Both the position numbers and the translations under genes were made by a program. Shown here in pieces: positions 60,884 through 64,000 of a DNA stretch of 64,000 bases. The stretch comes from Hypanus sabinus. Taxonomy: Eukaryota. The stretch covers positions 29,512,001-29,576,000 of the forward strand of contig NC_082727.1 of NCBI RefSeq assembly GCF_030144855.1. Reading direction: 5' to 3'. Numbering within the stretch: position 1 is the first letter of the stretch; each line of letters begins with the position of its first letter. The notes below the pieces were generated by a model. It worked only from the letters and a program-made list of their open reading frames with translations. It was not told the DNA's origin and ran no database searches.

Positions 60884-62094
60884 TCCTAAAGGATGATTAC
60901 TATGAGTACTTTGCATTAATACAACAGTGTGTGAGGTCACATTATTCAAATGTTTTTTGAGGGATACATTTTTTTATTCAGCATCTTCACTCCCTTGTCA
61001 GCATTTGCTCCTGATTCTTTTCCCCTGAGACCCCCGCAGTAGTGTCCTGTTGACTTTCAATCTGTGCCAACCCTATGCTTAAGGGTGTGAATGCAAGGAC
61101 TTAATGGAACAGGAACTTTATGATTTTCTAGCAGCAACATTAGACACTTACAAAGCAAGTTTTGTGTCACACTATCTGCACTGTGCAATTGAGTGGTGGG
61201 AAGTGTCACATACATCTAATCCCACCCCTATATCATAAGCTATACTCTTTCCATATTTGTATTTTTAACAATAGTTTGAGAAGTAAGAAACTAGTTGTCT
61301 TCTGTGTCGATTTTTTTTTCGCAATGCAGGTCAGTGAGCTGGGAGCCTTCACAATGAAGTGTGTTAGGGTCCTTGCAAGGATGAGGTGTCCATGATATAT
61401 ATGCAGGCAGCTTCTTTTATAAATGCAGGCTTTAAAACAAAACAACAGAGACAGTTGGCAAAAAAGTGTGACAGAATCACAAGAGGAATGATTATTTTAT
61501 AGGTTGGAAGTGAGGAAGGTATGGTTTATATTCAATTTATTTAATTTACTTGTGAACCCTGAGCACATTGAGCCGCCTGAATCAGACTGTGGGCCAGTTG
61601 ACCCATCTGGACAGGATCCAACAATGTCAGTGTTTGTGATTCTGCATCGTGCAGAAAGAGATAATAGAAATAACAAGCAAAATTCTAGAGAGTTTAATCT
61701 GTTTTTGTGGTGGCCATGGTAATGAGAAAGAAATAAAGCCTTCAGCAGTAACAACAATCTATAGAATTTGTGTTTAAACCGGTCCCAATAACAAGGTAGG
61801 CTGATTTCTGCACCAAAGTGTGCTTCTCTTGTGTAAACTTCAGCAATGCTGATGTGTTCAATTCCCCAGATATCCCCAGAAGGAAAATGAGCTGATTGAC
61901 CCCATGATAACAGAATACAAGGACTAGAGAATTTTATATTTGACATGCATTGGAAACTGTAATGATGGTGATCGTGCAGTGCTATAAACACTGCACCAGT
62001 AGTTCAGAGGTTTGGGTGTGTGATCCAAAAAATGGGATTCGGTGTCATGATTTAGGAATTTATTTTAAAACTTGTGAAAATGGAAATCGGATAT

Positions 62095-64000
62095 CAAATA
62101 AGTATCCATGAATCAGATGTGTCCATGGGTTTCAGATTTCAGGATCATTGGGACCTCTTTTGGGGCAGGTGGGACCTGTACAAGAGAGATGGGTTACACC
62201 TGAACTACAGGGGGACCAATATCCTTACTGGGAGGTTTGTTAGTGCTATTGGGGAGGGTTTAAACTAGACTTGCAGGGAGATGGGAACCAGAGTGACAGA
62301 GCAGATAGTGGAGCAGGGGTGAAAAAAATGTCAGGATTAAATGCAAAGTGAATAAGAGTAAGGAACCTTGGTTCTCTGGGGATATTGGAACTCTGATAAA
62401 GAAGAAGAGAGAGATGAATGACATGTATAGGAAATGGAGCAAATAAGATACTTGAGAATAAAAAAGTGCAAAAAAAAGCTTAAAGAAATCAGGACGGCTA
62501 AAAGAAGACATGAGGTAGCTTTGGCAGTCAAGGTGAAGGATAATCCAAAGAGCTTCTACAGGTATATTAAGACCAAAAGGATTGTAAGGGATAAAATTGA
62601 TCCTCTTGAAGATCAGAGTGGTCAGCTATGTATTGAATCAAAAGAAATGGGGGAGATCTTAAATGGGTTTTTTGCATCTGTATTTACTAAGGGAACTGGC
62701 ATGGAGTATATGGAAATAAAGCAAACAAGTAGTGAGGTCATGGAACCTACACAGATTGAAGAGGAGGAGGTGCTTGCTGTCTTGAAGCAAATCAGAGTAG
62801 ATAAATCCCCAGGAGTTGACAGAGTATTCCCTCAGACCTTGAAGGAGACTAGTGTTGAAATTGCAGGGGCCCTGGCGGATATATTTAAAATGTCGGTATC
62901 TACAGGTGAGGTGCCTGAGGATTGGAGGATAGCTCATGTTGTTCCGTTGTTTAAAAAAAGCTCTAAAAGTAATCCGAGAAATTATAGGCCGGTAAGTTTG
63001 ACGTCAGTAGTAGTTAACTAATTGGAAGGAGTACTAAGAGATAGGATCTACAAGTATTTGGATAGACAGGGACTTATTGGAGAGAGTCAACATGGCTTTG
63101 TGCGTGATAGGTCATGTTTAACCAATCTGTTAGAGTTTTTCGAGGAGGTTACCAGGAAAGTGGATGAAGGGAAGGCAGTGGATGTTGTCTGCGTGGACTT
63201 CAGTAAGGCCTAGGACAAGGTCCAGCATGGGAGGTTAGTTAGGAAGATTCAGTCGTTAGGTATATACGGAGAGGTAGTAAATTGGATTAGATATTGGCTC
63301 AATGGGAGAAGCCAGAGAGTGGTAGTGGAGGATTGCTTCTCTGAGTGGAGGCCTGTGACTGGTGGTGTGCCACAGGGATCAGTGCTAAATCCATTGTTAT
63401 TAGTCATCTATATCAATGATCTGGATGATAATGTGGTAAATTGGATCAGCAGAATTTGCTGATGATACAAAGATTGAAGGTGTAGTGTTCAGTGAGGAAG
63501 GTTTTCAAAGCTTGCAGAGGGATTTGGATCAGCTGGAAAAATGAGCAGACAAGTGTGGGGTATTGCACTTTGGAAGGACAAACCAAGGTAGAACATACAA
63601 GGTAAATGATAGGAGACTGAGGAGTGCAGTAGGACAGATAAAAAATTCCCTGAAGTGGCATCACAGGTAGATAGGGTCATAAAGAGAGCTTTTGGTACAT
63701 TGGCCTTTATAAATCAAGGTATTGAGTATAAGAGTTGGAATGTTATGGTGAGGTTGTATAAGACATTGACGAGGCTGAATTTGGAGTATTGTGAGCAGTT
63801 TTGGTCACCTAATTACAGTAAGGATATTAATAAGGTTGAAAGAGTGCAGAGAGGGTTTCCAAGGATGTTGCCAAGACTTGAGAAACCAAGATGCAGAGAA
63901 AGGTTGAATAGGTTAGGACTTTATTCCCTGGAGTGTAGAAGAATGAGGGGAAATTATGATGGGTATAGCTAGAGTTAATGCAAGCAGGCTTTTTCCACTG
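62095..64000 (+). mobile_element. CR1 LINE, degenerate (ORF1 esterase end plus ORF2 RT), runs off the window end
   Basis: YKRDGLHLN; KSPGVD; VPEDWRIAHVVPLFKK; YRPVSLTS; QHGFVRDRSCLTNL; FADDTK. Contains stops and frameshifts. Confidence 0.9.

Noticed and set aside
61497-61991. 164-aa minus-strand ORF, and the search for the next ANK3 exon after 59883
   Set aside because: No protein similarity. No convincing phase-2 ANK3 exon was found before the window end.

Overview
Vertebrate genomic DNA. The V-SINE, CR1, Penelope and Rex/Babar repeat landscape points to a cartilaginous fish, probably a ray (inference). The window holds the middle/3' part of ANK3 (ankyrin-G) on the + strand, as 12 GT-AG coding exons whose phases chain in frame: ZU5-B/UPA exons, a 27-nt microexon, the ~7.75-kb giant neuronal exon (21004-28752/28815), three death-domain exons and a C-terminal exon with two in-frame acceptors. 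The gene continues beyond both ends of the window. Introns are rich in transposons. The 21.5-kb intron that splits the death domain carries three notable structures: (i) a full-length L1 with two open ORFs, in sense orientation, inserted into a minisatellite that itself arose inside a Rex/Babar remnant; (ii) a pogo/Tigger-type element carrying a solo LTR; (iii) a decayed Gypsy element fused directly to an intronless RBM25 fragment, a candidate case of gene capture. Penelope-derived repeats carry degenerate minimal hammerhead ribozyme motifs. I found no convincing novel protein-coding system. All family assignments rest on recognised motifs; no database search was run.
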